NCBI RefSeq assembly: GCF_006345805.1
Contig: NC_043008.1
Coordinates: 72,912,001-72,976,000 of the forward strand
DNA: 64,000 bases
Reading direction: 5' to 3'
Source of the DNA: Octopus sinensis
Lineage: Eukaryota
The translations under genes were made by a program, and so were the position numbers. The notes beneath the pieces were generated by a model, which saw only the letters and a program-made list of their open reading frames with translations, did not search any database and was not told the DNA's origin. How positions within the stretch are numbered: position 1 is the first letter of the stretch; every line of letters begins with the position of its first letter. Below, piece by piece: positions 37,401-50,999 of this stretch.

Positions 37401-38139
37401 ATCTAACCATGACTGCTATAATAGATGTAAGGATAGTTCTAGTGGGACATCTAACAGCTGTGATATATCACTAATAATATTCTCCTTGTTTTTATCCTCC
37501 AGTGGTATTATATGTCCATACAAGTGCAGTTATCTCTCCTGCATATATCTGATAATGTGTGTACTTTTAGTATCCAGCCACACTCAAGTACTCTTTATTC
37601 CAAGTCAATGTTACTAATACAGATTTAACCAGCTCCAGATCTTTCAGAATCAACGCTCCAAACTCACTTCTATGTAATAACATAATACTTATTAGTGCTT
37701 AATACAGTTCACCATTTTTATGAAGAAAGGAACTTGCTTAGCTTCAGTTCAATTGCGATTGAACAAATCTTTGATCAAAGGCATTCTAGAGATATTTTAG
37801 AGATATTTATGACTACATTATCTAATACATCCGTCTCTTTTGAAATAAGGTAGCGTATATTTTAAATAAGTCAGAGCTGTTATTTGTAGCAGGTTCAGTG
37901 ACCACATCAAAACTCTCTCATTAGCACTCAAATGTCTTCCACTGTTTATTGTACTTTAACTATTCTTGAGAACTTGACATGAATTCATTCATTTACTATA
38001 AGGCACCACCTACAGTTAGCATTTACATTCTGTCAGACCTAAATCAATACAGAATTTCTATTAAAATATCTTTAGAATTGTTTACAGCTCTAACAAGGAA
38101 CTTCACAATACTGTCAATGTTGTCTCTATAATGAGGTGG

Positions 38140-38500
38140 GTGCAATAGCAATGTATATTGAGGTATCACATAATAATGTGATACATCACTGTTAGATGTA
38201 GGGTACCACTTGAGGTATACCTACAAACCTCCGTGATATACCACTGACAGAAATAAAGGTAGCACTAGCGGTATATTTACATACTACCTCAGTATATCAC
38301 TGAGGTAGTATGTAAATACTTAAGGATGCCACTTATGGTATATTTATATACATGATGCTATATCAGGGATAAATATAGGGTAGCCCTACTGAGGTACTCC
38401 TAATAGTATGTTTACCCACAACTGTGATATATTACTTGTTGTATACCTACATACTACTATTAGTGATATACTAATAGCTACTATTAGTGGTATACCAACC
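38140..38500. repeat. Degenerate CCACTGAGGTATA-like minisatellite containing a perfect 20-bp inverted repeat
   Basis: Motif variants recur about every 25-40 bp; the arms are 38274-38293 and 38299-38318. A related tract lies at 37255-37510. Confidence 0.6.
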
Positions 38501-38637
38501 CACCATAGCTTTTATATTTACATTGTTTCGTTTGTTAACCAATGTAAGACTGAATATTTTAGTTGCTTCAGGAGTGTTTCTTTCAGTAAAAATAATATGA
38601 TGTTCTCCATTCAGAGATATTTTTAGAATTTCAAACA

Positions 38638-39305
38638 TTTACTCTTTTATTTGTTTCAGTTATTTGACTGTGGCCATGCTGGAGCACCACCTTTAGACAA
38701 GTAAATCGACCCAGGACTTATTCTTTGTAAGCGTAGTGCTTATTCTATAGGTCTCTTTTGCTGAACTGCTAAGTTATGGGGACGTAAACACACCAGCATC
38801 GGTTGTCAAGCAATGTTGGGTGGACAAACACAGACACACAAACATATACACACACACATGCACATATATATATACATATATTAATAAATAAAACATATGC
38901 ATATATACATAAATATATGTACGTACCTACCTCTACATGTATATATACACGCATATATGAGTACAGGACACAAAAAAAAAACGTCGAACACAATGAGAAA
39001 CGAAAACATAGACACAACCCAAGGAACTGGACATTTTTCTTAAACAACAAAAAAATAGGGTACAGGACAAATAACACAAGGAAAAAAAACCCCTTCTTCA
39101 GTTGCCATGGTTTCATCTACTCTACGTTTCGAAGGTGATATATATACACACATATATACAATGGGCTTCTTTCAGTTTCCATCTACCAAATCCACTCACA
39201 AGGCTTTGGTTGGCCCGAGGCTATAGTAGAAGACACTTGCCCAAGGTGCCATACAGTGGGACTGAACCCAGAACGATGTAGTTGATAAGCAAGCTATTTA
39301 CCACA
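38638..39305 (-). mobile_element. Full tRNA/CORE-type SINE with a nested insertion (~38955-39135) in its central microsatellite
   Basis: Tail and body at 38638-38840 and head at 39160-39305 are the reverse complement of 59996-60418. Confidence 0.88.
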
Positions 39306-39775
39306 CAATATGTTAATTATATCTGCTGATGTTGTGGCAAACAACATGGCAATAACTCAGAGTAATGAAAACTAGCTTACTAATGAAATTTATATTTAAG
39401 AGACATGTAACAAGTGTGTCTGTAATAAGACAGTTACAAGTGAAACAGGGTGAGTAAATGGTTGACTAAATCTTACCATCTGATTTAAAAGCAGTGGGCC
39501 CCTGTAAAGGATCTGAGTTTTACACTTCCTCTTCAGAACACACCATAAAATAAAATATGTTGGTGTGGCTGTGATAAGAAGTTTGCTTCCTAACTATACG
39601 GTGCTGTGTGGCACCTTGGGAGAGTGTCTTCTACGATAGCCACAGAAAGACCAATTTCTTGTGAGTTGATTTGGTACATGAAAACCAAAAATAGCATGTT
39701 GTGAGAGTTCAAGCTTTTCAGGCTAACTCTGATAGCTTAGGAAGCATAGAATATTGAGTTAACATCTCTAAACAT

Positions 39776-40191
39776 AGGCACAGATGTGGTTATGTGGTAA
39801 GAAGCTTACTTCCCAACTACATGGTTCTAGGTTCAGTCATACTGCGTGGCACCTTGGGCAAGTGTCGTCTACTATAGCCTCAGGCTGACCAAAGACTTGT
39901 GAGAGGATTTGGCAGACAGAAACTGAAAGAAGCTCGTCACTCACACACACACACACACACATATTTGTGTGTGTGTATCTTTGTGTCTGTGTTTATCCCC
40001 ACCACCACTTGACAACCGGTGTTGGTGTATTTACACCCTTGTAACTTAGTGATTTGGCAAAAGTGATCAATAGAATAAGTACCAAACTTTAAAAAACAAA
40101 ACAATTACTGGAGTTGATTCATTTGATTAAAAATTCTTCAAAGCAGTGCCCCAGTATGACCACAGTTTAATGACTAAAACAAATAAAAGAT
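39776..40191 (+). mobile_element. Full tRNA/CORE-type SINE (a degenerate head also at ~39555-39690)
   Basis: Head, core, (CA)n, body and tail are colinear with the other copies. Confidence 0.88.
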
Positions 40192-41923
40192 ATGCTTAAT
40201 AATCTGATGATGCTATAAACTATTTACCTAATTCATTTAGACACGAAAATTAGTGGGTTTCTGAGACTTATAGTTAATTTAATGAAAATATTTTTGCACA
40301 GTGTGAGAGAAAACTATCTGTGATTCATAATCGATCCCCTTATCTCTGTTAGCTAATTCTTTCACTGAAGTCATTGCAGACCCATCCAACATAAACCATC
40401 TTGGAATCACAAACAGATATTAAAGTAATGTTGCTGATAATAATAGATATTACATTCATATAGGGAAATTTTTCTAGCAATAGACAAATCAAGAAATTTG
40501 TGGAACATTTCAGGAATCAATCCAAACTACACTGCCAAGGGAGTGTTTATATAAGAGATCATTAAGTTCAGCTGGAGTGAGGATGAAGGAAGAAGGTAAA
40601 ATAATGCAGTTGGTTCTTTGGTTAGGGACATGTATATGGTAAAGAATGGAAATGAAAAAGTAATATGGTATGTGAACAGGGAGGAAGTTAGAAATGAAAA
40701 GTGAAGGTGGATAAAACAGAAGGAGGAGGATGAGGAGGGGTTCATGTGGAGCAGGGAAAAGAGAGAAATAGTAATTGATGGGAGCAGGAGACCAAAGAAT
40801 GACCATATTTAGAATATTGTTTTAAAAATATTTAAATATAGAACACTAGTGGGATTCATAAGATATAGAAAGGTTGGTGTAGAGAGTTAAGAAAGGAGGC
40901 GGGTGAGAGGTGGCATGTTGGAGTGGAAGATGGACAAAGAGGAAGAAATTTAAGAATTTTGGATTTTTAACGTATGTCATTGTGGAATCTTCTGTGCTTT
41001 GATACGTGTAAGTTTTTCTTTCATCTTGTGAATTTGTTCCAAAAGATGATAGTTCCTGTAGCAAATTCTGGCTATAGGTGACTATTTATCTCTTACAAAA
41101 CACAAGCATTAGTCAATGTTGTCTATCCCTCTCCCCACTCACCACTGCTCAGTGAAGTTGCTGCCAGATTTGGTTCTTTGAACAAAACCATATGACTCAA
41201 TAGTTCATACAAAACTACTGGATGATACAACGTAAAAACGAGATAGAGAGAGGAGGAGGAAGAGGAGAAAGGGGGAAGAGGAGAGGATAGGAAGGGGTGG
41301 GACAGACAGAGAGAAAGACAAAGAAATACAACAGAATAATCATTATCATCATCATATTTCAAGTGATGTGAAATGAAAGCTGCCTATAGATATAGAATGT
41401 TCATTCACTGGATATAAAGTATGAAAATAAATGTGGACGACATAAATAACTTAAAGTGTTAAATATTCTTTTATTCAAACATAATAAAAGCTGACAATAT
41501 TTTTAGATGACCAGTGTGTGTATCAAAAAGCAAATAGACAAGAAAGTACAATGTTAAAGAAGACGACTGTAATAGTGCTTGCTTTCATCAAAGTAGCTCT
41601 CTTTACACAACAAAAATAAAGACTTCAATATGGCAATAAAAGAAAATATTTTTTTGTGTGTATGTTTACTTAGTTTTTATTTTTCATATTGTACATTTTA
41701 TTTTAATTCTCACTTATTATTGCATTTTTTTAATATTACGATTTTCAGTAGAGGGACAGCCCCCATTGCTATTGTAGTTTTTCTCAAATTAGGGACATGG
41801 AGCTGTGATTTTTCAGCTATTACACACATAAAATTGTGTCAGTAGGGAAAACAAAAACACAGATTCCAGATTCTGAAGACAAAGGATTGGATAAAGTGTT
41901 TTATGTTATGATTACTTTTGAAA

Positions 41924-42116
41924 TGTGGCACGTAAAAAGCACCCACTACATTCAAGGAATGGTTGGCATTAGGAAGGTCATCCAGCTGTAGAAACACTGC
42001 CAGATCAGACTGGAGCCTGGTGCAACCTCCTGGCTTCCCAGACCCCGGTCGAACTGTCCAACCCATGCTAGCACGGCAAATGGCAATTAAACGATGATGA
42101 TGATGATGATAATGAT
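41924..42116 (+). mobile_element. RTE 3'-tail fragment
   Basis: Matches 16125-16306 and ends in (GAT)n. Confidence 0.88.
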
Positions 42117-42119
42117 GTA

Positions 42120-42465
42120 CAGCTGTGGGTTAAGACACTTGCTTCCCAACACCATGGTTCAGGTTTCGGTCCGACTGCTTTGTAAAGTGATAGGTGTTAG
42201 AGAGGGCATCCAACTGCACCAGGTTCTAAATTAGACTGGAGCTTGGTGCAGTTCCCCTGCTTGCCAGTTCTGGTCAAACCGTCCAATGCTTACGACCAGC
42301 GTTGGTTTATTTACATTCTTGTAACTTAGCAGTTCAGAAAAATAGATAAAAAAAATAAGTACCTGCCTTTATAAAAATAAGTAGTGGGATCGATTTGTTC
42401 AACTAAAACCCTGCAATGCAGTGCCCCGGATAGCCACATTCAAATGACTGAAACAAGTAAAAGAA
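42120..42465 (+). mobile_element. Composite of SINE head, RTE tail piece and SINE tail
   Basis: Head 42120-42180; AGGGCATCC...GGTGCAG piece ~42200-42290; SINE tail 42290-42465. Confidence 0.65.
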
Positions 42466-42484
42466 CATCCCCCTATTCTTCATT

Positions 42485-42625
42485 GGTACTTCTTTTATTG
42501 ATTCTAAATGATTAAAGGAAAAGTTAAACATTAGTCGGACTTGAACTCAGAATGCAGAGGTTCAGAATAAATACCATATGACATCCTATCCAATGCTTTC
42601 GTGATTCTTCCGATTGGCCACCTGG
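42485..42625 (-). mobile_element. Degenerate SINE of a second family (Nin/Meta-domain-like)
   Basis: The minus strand reads CTGAGTTCAAGTCCGAC...TTTCCTTTAATC...AATAAAAGAAGTACCAA. The family name is tentative. Confidence 0.45.
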
Positions 42626-42974
42626 TACATCACTGCTTAATCCAGATAATATGAGTTATTATATACACAAGAAGCTGGGAACATCATTGACTTGAACCAA
42701 ATAACAACAACATTAGGTATAGAATTGGTAAATATGCTTTAGTTTGGGCTTCATCTGTAAATATAGTCTACGATCCATGAACAATATACAGAATGCCAAT
42801 GTAAAAGGTTGAAAGAACCCTTTTTTGCTTGTTCTATATTGAGTTTCTCTCAGGAGAAAATTGAAGAAACTTAAAAAAAACAAAAACTGAAGAATATTTC
42901 ACTTTTTTTTTTATCCATCACCAGAGAGAGTTTTAATATCATGGCATAAATGTATTTGAATAAATAAAAGCATA

Positions 42975-43240
<266 letters not shown>

Positions 43241-43642
43241 AACTGAAAGAAACTGTTTATTACAGGCAAATGTAAATAAAAGTAAACCTGAGTAAGAGGT
43301 TGAATGTAGATAGAAATATACCAGAGGAGGAATCATGAATGACCTTGAACAGCAGGTGAATTAAAAGCTAATTACTTAGTAGGGATTACAGAGTACTGGA
43401 AAAGAATTTATATACTGAGTGAGCCAAAGATCATGGTCTATAAACGTGCAGTTGGTGCAACAGATGAAGGCACCAGATTATCTTTTGCTTGATTTAGTGA
43501 TTGGACTGTGGCCATGCTGGTGCACTGACTTGAAGGGTTTAATCATACAAATTGATCCTAGTACTTATTTTTAAAAGGCTGGTATGCATTCTATTGTGTG
43601 GCCTTAGTTCACATTGTGTACAGTGTATGTAGTTTATACCCA

Positions 43643-44360
43643 CACATCATCATCCTCATTATCTTTTAATGTCTGCTTTCCATGCTGGCAAGGGTTGGAC
43701 GGTTTGACCAGAACTGGAAAGCTGGGGAACTGCACCAGGTTCCAGTCTAATTTGGAACCTGGTGCAGTTGGATGCCCTCTCTCATGCCTACCACTTTACA
43801 AAGTGTGCTTGGTGCTTTTTATGTGGCACTGGCACGGGTGCTATTAAATGGCACCAGCATGGGTACTTTTTATGTGACCCCAGCACAGGTACTTTGTACA
43901 TGGCACTTGCATGGTTGCTTTTTTTTTCTGTGGCACCGGCACAGGTGCTTCTTATGTGGCACCTTTTTCTACATATCAAGCAAGGCCATTTCCTTGAAGG
44001 TACAAGGATTCTATCTTCTTCCTTACTTGCAAAATCCTTTGTCATTTCTGAGTTTACCTAAAGACTTCTCAATTGTAGATTTAGATTCCATGCCTGGAAT
44101 TTCCTCTTTGACTCCAACTCCCATGCTAAATTCATCACTGATGTCATTGCTGACTTTGAGTTCACTTACTGCATCTTTGCACATGACCTCCTTAGTTCTC
44201 AGAAGCCAGTCATCAATGCCTAGTTTTCTTAGTGACCACCAGATTTCCATATGTGGTATGCTGTTGAGTGTCTTCTCCAAGTCAATGAAAGCCAAAGTAA
44301 TGGTTTACTCTAAGCCAAGTATTTCTCCTGTTGTTACCTCACTACAAAGATTGCATCTAT
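43643..44360 (-). mobile_element. Internally deleted RTE fragment (RT piece joined to 3' UTR and tail)
   Basis: ORF 44023..44295: AFIDLEK..IWWSLRKLGIDDWL matches RT of the main copy; an (ATC)n tail lies at 43643. Confidence 0.85.
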
Positions 44361-44432
44361 CAAACAGCTCTCAGACACCTAACCAAAATGCATCTTATTT
44401 ACTTTGTCACAAATCAATTGTGTGGGATATAC

Positions 44433-44625
44433 GTGTGCCAGTACCAGGTTAAAAGCACCCATTATGCTCTGTAAAGGGGCTGGTGTAAAGAAGGGTATTC
44501 AGTCATAGAAACTATACCAAAAGAAACAAAATGGAGCCTGGGCTGCTCTCCAGTTGGTTAGAGCCTGTCAAACCATCCAACCCATGCCTGCATGGGGACA
44601 GACATTAAATGATGATGATGATGAT
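44433..44625 (+). mobile_element. RTE 3'-tail fragment
   Basis: Tail similarity and a (GAT)n end. Confidence 0.8.
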
Positions 44626-44659
44626 ATGTATGAGTGCGTGTGTACATATATATAAGTGT

Positions 44660-45790
44660 GTATAGCTTTCATGTGCAGCAGATGCACAGGGGCAATAGAC
44701 ACCATTGATACTCAGAAAACAGATTCCATTACACTCCTTGGGGAGAAACTAGAAGTAGTTGATAGTTTCTGCTACCTAGGTGACCAAGTTAGTAGCAAGG
44801 ATGGATGCTCAGAGAGCGTTACCAATAGAATAAGAATAGCCTGGGCAAAGTTTAGAAAGCTTCTCCCCCTACTGGCGACAAAGGGTCTCTCGCTCAGAGT
44901 GAAAGGTAGATTGTATGATGCATGTGTGCGAACTGCCATGCTTCATGGCAGTGAAACATGGGCTGTGACTGCGGAGGACATGTGTAGGCTTGAAAGAAAT
45001 GAAGCTAGCATGATCCGCTGGATGTGTAATGTCAGTCTCCATGCATAACAGAGTGTAAGTGCCCTGAGAGAAATCTTGGACATAAGAAGCATCAAATGTG
45101 GTGTGCAAGAGAGACAACTGCTCTTGTATGGTCATGTACTATGAATGGATGAGGAGAGATGTGTGAAGAGGTGCCACTCCCAAACTGTTGAAGGAATCCG
45201 GGGTAGAGATAGACCCAGGAAGACATGGGACGAGGTGGTCAAGCATGACCTTCGTACTTTGAGCCTCACAGAGGCTATGACAAAAGACTGAGACCTCTGG
45301 AGATATGCTGTGACTTCAAAGACCCGACAAATGAAGTGAGTTCATGGCTCGTAGGATGGCTTGCTATGCTAACCTTGGATCGTAGAGTGACCCACTGTTC
45401 TTGAGGAGACTTGTTGAGTCAAGTATGTCAACATCAAAATAAAAATTCAAATGGAAATTGCAGTTGAGACGCCCATACCAGTGACACGTAAAAAGCACCA
45501 TCCAAACATAGCAGATACTAGTGCTGCCTGACTGGCATCCATGTCGGTGACATGTAAAAGCACCAACCGATCATGGCCGTTTACCATCCTCCTCTGGACC
45601 CTGTGCCAGCGGCACGTAAAAAACACCCACTACACTCACGGATTGGTTGGCATTAGGAAGGGCATCCAGCAGTAGAAACACTGCCAAATCAGACTAGAGC
45701 CTGGTGCAGCCTCAATGGCTTGCCAGACCCCGGTCGAACCGTCCAACCCATGCTAGCATGGAAAACGGACGTTAAATGATGATGATGATG

Positions 45791-45791
<1 letters not shown>
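44660..45791 (+). mobile_element. RTE 3' fragment (end of PHD to tail), older copy with stops
   Basis: FMCSRC...LGEKLEVVDSFCYLGDQV...LRVKGRLYDACVRTAMLHGSETW, followed by the 3' UTR repeats and (GAT)n. Confidence 0.92.
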
Positions 45792-45840
<49 letters not shown>

Positions 45841-46544
45841 CAATACTCACACTAATGAGTATGCATGATTAAAATCACTTCATACCGATATGTATGTGTG
45901 TATATGTGCATTTATAAATAACAGGTGTATACATGAGCATGCTTGTTTATTAAACTGGATGTATAAAGCCGACACTTACTAGCTTAAATAAGGACATGCC
46001 TCCAAGTAAGTATTATAATATAATACAGAGATAAATCTACTGAAGAAATTTATCACATAATTTACATACAAGCTTTATTGGAATACAAAAATACAAAGCA
46101 AACAGAAAAAATACCATTTCTCAGTGGAAATATTTATGTATAAATATCTACAACAAAGGAGGTGGGGAGCATGTTGTGCCTCCAGAAGTCTTATTCTAAA
46201 TGCATCATGTTTTTGGATTATTTGTCTGTTTTCAATCTATAATAGATGCGTGAAAGATCAACATTAGCAGTAATCTATATTGGTACTACTAATTACTTGT
46301 TATCGGTACCAGAGCTCTTGGTCAGGTTCTTGTTTATATATTATTTTAATTTTCTCTTCTTTAATTTGTATTTTTGCAACCACAATGCTACGTTCAACTT
46401 TCTTATCATTTGTTGTGGTGCAGAAGTCTGTTTTGGCAGTTCAGCAAGCTGCCAATTCTATTCTATTCCCCACCACTTCTATAATATAAAACCATAACTA
46501 CGGCTGGTGTAGAATTATGATGATTTTAGAAATATTACTGATTG

Positions 46545-46772
46545 AACCTTAACCTCTCTCCCTCTCTCTCTTTCTCTCTCACTCTCCCTCACTCTTTTTC
46601 TCTCTCTTCATTTCTCTCTAAACTTTCTCAGTATTCTCTCACAGTTCTTCATTTCCTTTCAATCTCATTCTCAGTCTTTCCCCACTTCAAGCAGCTTCTT
46701 ACAATGTTTCTCCTCACCCAATCTTTCTCTTGCTTCTTCTTTCCAAACGTCTTTCTCTTGCCTTCACTATTA

Positions 46773-46809
<37 letters not shown>

Positions 46810-46885
46810 CTCTCTCTCTCTCTCGTCTTTCTCTCCCTATTTCTCTCAGTCACTTTCTCACACTCTCTGCACTCTCCCTTGAGTT
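46545..46885. repeat. (CT)n-rich low-complexity tract
   Basis: Seen directly in the sequence. Confidence 0.85.
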
Positions 46886-47829
46886 CTTTTGCCCAATGAT
46901 TTTCATTATCGGATTCTCCCTCATTTTTACATTTTCTTTTTGTATTTAAGATAGTTTTAATTAGGCTACAATGACACAGACAGATCATAGTTAGGTGATG
47001 TATGTTGTAGATTTCTCTGTGTGTGATATGGGATGTCATAAAGATACTCAGTAGAGGTGGGGTACAGGAAAAAGGAAGTGATGGTCAGCATTAACTGAAA
47101 TTACAAGGAAAAAAATACAATTAAACATAAAGGTTGGTGATAGGCTGGCATGTCAATGTTTCCCAGCAGATGCTTACAAATATCAGAGTGTTTATGTATG
47201 TTTTATACACATATATGTTATACACATACACACATGTATAAGATCTGAGGAGCAAGATCACTGTGTCAAGCTCTCATATCTGCTTCAGCAAGATTTCCAA
47301 CTGTGGTCATCATGCTAGAGCAGTGCTGTAGCTCAACGTACTCCCCTGGTTCAGATCCTGCTGATCCGCCCAATCCATGCCAGCAGGGAAGATGGACATC
47401 TTTCATTCCACCTTAAACTATTGCACATACACCACACAACACATGACATACATGCAATACTTTGAATGAAGACATGACAATGTCATCTTCAAAAAGCACC
47501 AAACCACAGTTGCTACATATTTTTAGGAATTTAGTCTCAATCTAAATACCTTTTCTTGCAGTCTCAGGTAAAACTTTTACAAAGGCACTCCAAAGATCAT
47601 GTTTTCCAGTCAGGGTCAAAGTATTTTAGCTTAAGCTGATTATTTACTGAAACTTCTAGAAAGTTCATTTGAGACCTAAATTGAAATTATACTTACATAT
47701 GTTGGATGGTGTTGCCACTGCTGCACACACTAACATCCAGTACTGGATTGAAAGAAGGGTGTTTGATACATTGTCAAAGACTTACTCAACAACAAACCAC
47801 AAATACTGAGCTAAGGTTATTGTTTTTAC

Positions 47830-48122
47830 TATCTGTACTTGAGAAGACATGTCAAGCTAAGTGGAATGGTGGTTATGACCAATGCCAGTGACACATAAAA
47901 GCCACACATGCAAATGCCACATAAAAGGGATAACCCATGCTGGTGGCATGTAAAAGACACCCAGTACACTTTGTAAAGTGGTTGGAATTGAGAAAGGCAT
48001 CCAGTTATAAAAACAAAGCCAAAACAGATGACTGGAGCCTGGTACAGCTCTCCAACTTACCAGCTCCAGTGAAACCAGCATGGAAAAAGAACATTAAAGG
48101 ATGATGATGATGATGATGATGT
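47830..48122 (+). mobile_element. RTE 3' fragment
   Basis: CTTGAGAAGACATGTCAAG, then UTR motifs and (GAT)n. Confidence 0.8.
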
Positions 48123-48131
48123 TATGTATAT

Positions 48132-48162
<31 letters not shown>

Positions 48163-48879
48163 TCTAGATGTTATCAACAATTTCAACAAGAAAAAGAGAA
48201 AGATTGAATTAACATTTAAATAAAATAGGGATTTATCTAGCAGTCTCAAACAGCGTTATTTATTACAATTAATGACACCGGATATTACTACCAGGTATAA
48301 CCCCTTTCTACTAGCAATGCCAGTCAACTAGTGATTTTTCCCACTTATTGTTCCATTCATCTAATTGAAGAAATGTACACACACGTGGAATCTTAAAGGA
48401 CACAAAAATGTAAGCCCTAAAGACTTTTTTTTTTTTTTCTAGTTTCAGCTCAGAACTGCGGCCATGCTGAAGCACTGCCGTTTAAACATTTTACATTTTT
48501 TCCTTTTTCCTTACCTTTTCCTTTTTCTCCTCTCTATATTCCTCCAATAAACTTTAAATTATTCTAACAATGTTTGTTAAATGGAACGAGATAAATGCAA
48601 ATTTACTTAAAAAATAACAAACTGAAACAACTGTAAATGTTTTTCAACTACAATTAAACTATGACATTTTAATACCAATGATCAACTTCTAGCTGTTCAT
48701 TGTTGCACCATTTCTTTTCTTATCTGAATATATTAAACCATGGTTTGCCATTTAAATTACCAACTACTGTTAACCTTATAGCAAAGACTATACATAGTGA
48801 GGTGATACACCAGTAGTGCCTACAGATACATTTATCCTTAGACGGCAGCATAACCTGTAGCTCATAATTTATATATATG

Positions 48880-48910
<31 letters not shown>

Positions 48911-48913
48911 GTA

Positions 48914-48970
<57 letters not shown>

Positions 48971-50006
48971 GTTGGACAAAATAATGGAAACACCTAGCAT
49001 CATAGCATCATAATTTGAAAATATCTATAAAACCGTCAAAAGCTTATTTATTTTTATGTTGATTTTTGATATATCATTAGTATTGGTTAATATGTTTTGC
49101 TAAAATTGCTGTTTCTTTTCAGATATCATCAGAAAAAGGTAATTAAAATTCATTAAAATGACAGATGTATCAGACTTTCAAAGAGATCAAATTGCTGGTG
49201 CTTGTATAGCAGGTGCTAGCATAACGAAAACAACTGAAACATTTGATGCATCAAGAACTACCATCTTGAAAGTAATGACAGCCTTTGAGAAAAAGGGAAA
49301 AACCTCCTCATCAAAACAAAACTATAGAAGAAAACCAAAACTTTCAGACAGGGACCATCAGACTCTTATGCGAATTGTTAGAAAGGATCACAAAAGTACA
49401 GGTCCCAAAATTCCTGCAGAGCTTAATGACCACCTCGAGAACCCAGTTTCCACAAAAACTTCACCAGGAGCTGCACAAAGCCAGATTTCACAGGAGGACT
49501 GCAATCAGAAAACCACTCTTTCAAAAACAAACGTTGCAAAGCATTTAGAGTTGAGTAAAAACCTACAGAATTGGTCCCTAGATCAGTGGAAGAATGTTAT
49601 TTTCTCAGACAAGTCATCTTATACCTTATTTCTGACCACTGGCTGAGTACATGTGTGGAGACAACTAAAAGAAGCATTTGACCCAGACTGCATTCTTCCA
49701 ACTGTTAAACATGGAGGAGGATCTGTGATGATCTGATGGGGCTACATCTCGGAAATCCACCGGCCCAATGGTTTCCCTTCATGGCAGAATTAATAGTCAA
49801 TACTATTTGAGCATTTTATCTGATCAAATTCATCCTATGGTTACGAAACTGTTTGCAGAGGGAAACAATTATTTAGGATGATAATGCACCAATTCACACT
49901 GCTAAAGTTGTTAATAAATGGCAGGAAGAACATTCTAGTGAAGTTGAACATCTTCTCTGGCCCCAACAGTCCCCAGATCTCAATATTATCGAACATTTAT
50001 GGTGCA

Positions 50007-50186
50007 TACAGTTAAGAGATGAAGAATTATGTACATTATTTACATTATTTACGTTTGATGGATATCTGTCCTCATCTTATTTGTTGTTAACACAATGTTT
50101 CAGCTAATATACCCTCCAGCCTTCATCAGGTGTCTTGGGGAAATTTCGAACCTGGATTCTCATTCCTAAGGTATTTTTCGATGTTG

Positions 50187-50230
<44 letters not shown>

Positions 50231-50401
50231 TGGGTCACTGCCTGGAATCGAACTTCGATATATCAGTGCTAAAATTCACTCCGTAATTGCCCATGGGCAT
50301 ATGGCTTAGTGATTAAGAGCCTGGGCTACTGACCCCAAGATTATAATAATAATAACGAAAAATACATTAGAAATGAGAAGCCAGGTTCAAATGAATAATG
50401 T
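50007..50401. mobile_element. Foldback insertion: tRNA-like head, (TAA)n and a Penelope-type hammerhead-bearing tail
   Basis: Flanked by the 12-bp direct repeat ATTTATGGTGCA (49995-50006, 50402-50413). Inverted arms lie at ~50145-50185 and ~50353-50390. A-box-like TGGCTTAGTG on + (~50298) and B-box GTTCGATTCC on - (~50243-50252). Confidence 0.75.
50089..50134 (-). ncRNA. Minimal (stem III-less) type I hammerhead ribozyme motif, decayed
   Basis: The minus strand reads GACAC-CTGATGA-AGGCTGGAGGGTATATTAGCT-GAAA-CATT-GTGTT. Stem I is GACAC/GTGTT; stem II is weakened by substitutions. Confidence 0.7.
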
Positions 50402-50590
50402 ATTTATGGTGCAATATCCTCCAACATCAACACTTCAAGAGACTGTTTTAGCTGAAGAATGGACAAAAATTCCTTTGGAAACAATTCAAACTATGCACCA
50501 GTCCATACCTCATAGAAATCAAGCTGTAATTACTGCTAAAGGTGATCGTACCCCATATTAAAAGATGTTTCCATTATTTTGTCCAGCCCT

Positions 50591-50630
<40 letters not shown>

Positions 50631-50999
50631 TTTTAATTTTCTCCTGGTTTACGGAATTGATGTTATTTTGCGGTTAAAGCTTTTGGCTGTTATTTCTAGT
50701 GGGTGAATGGCCTATTATGGCCGTTCCTTGATTGTGATGTTGAACTTAAAAATGGTCTATGACTATTTAATTTTTTCCCACTAGGCCGCTGGTGGCAAAA
50801 AAAATTCTACAAAATTTTTTTGCCACCCTATATTGATTAATTATGAATTTTCTGGTTAATTCCGTAATGGAATCGGCGGCTTATATTTATTTGCTGCCGA
50901 TAAATTTGGCGCGAGTGCGATGATTTGAAAATTTTAGGTCAGATATTGCCGAGGCAGGGACGGGAATGCCTCGTGAAAAATATCTGTTCCGACTTGGCT

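Larger units (their letters stand above)
48966..50592 (+). mobile_element. Tc1-like (DD34E) transposon, decayed, interrupted by a ~400-bp insertion
   Basis: TIRs TAGGGGTTGGACAAAATAATGGAAACACC / GATGTTTCCATTATTTTGTCCAGCCCTTG with (TA)n flanks. The transposase starts at 49158 (MTDVSDFQRDQI; WKNVIFSDKS; PTVKHGGGSVM; DDNAPIH; WPQQSPDLNIIEHLW) and resumes at ~50414. Confidence 0.92.
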
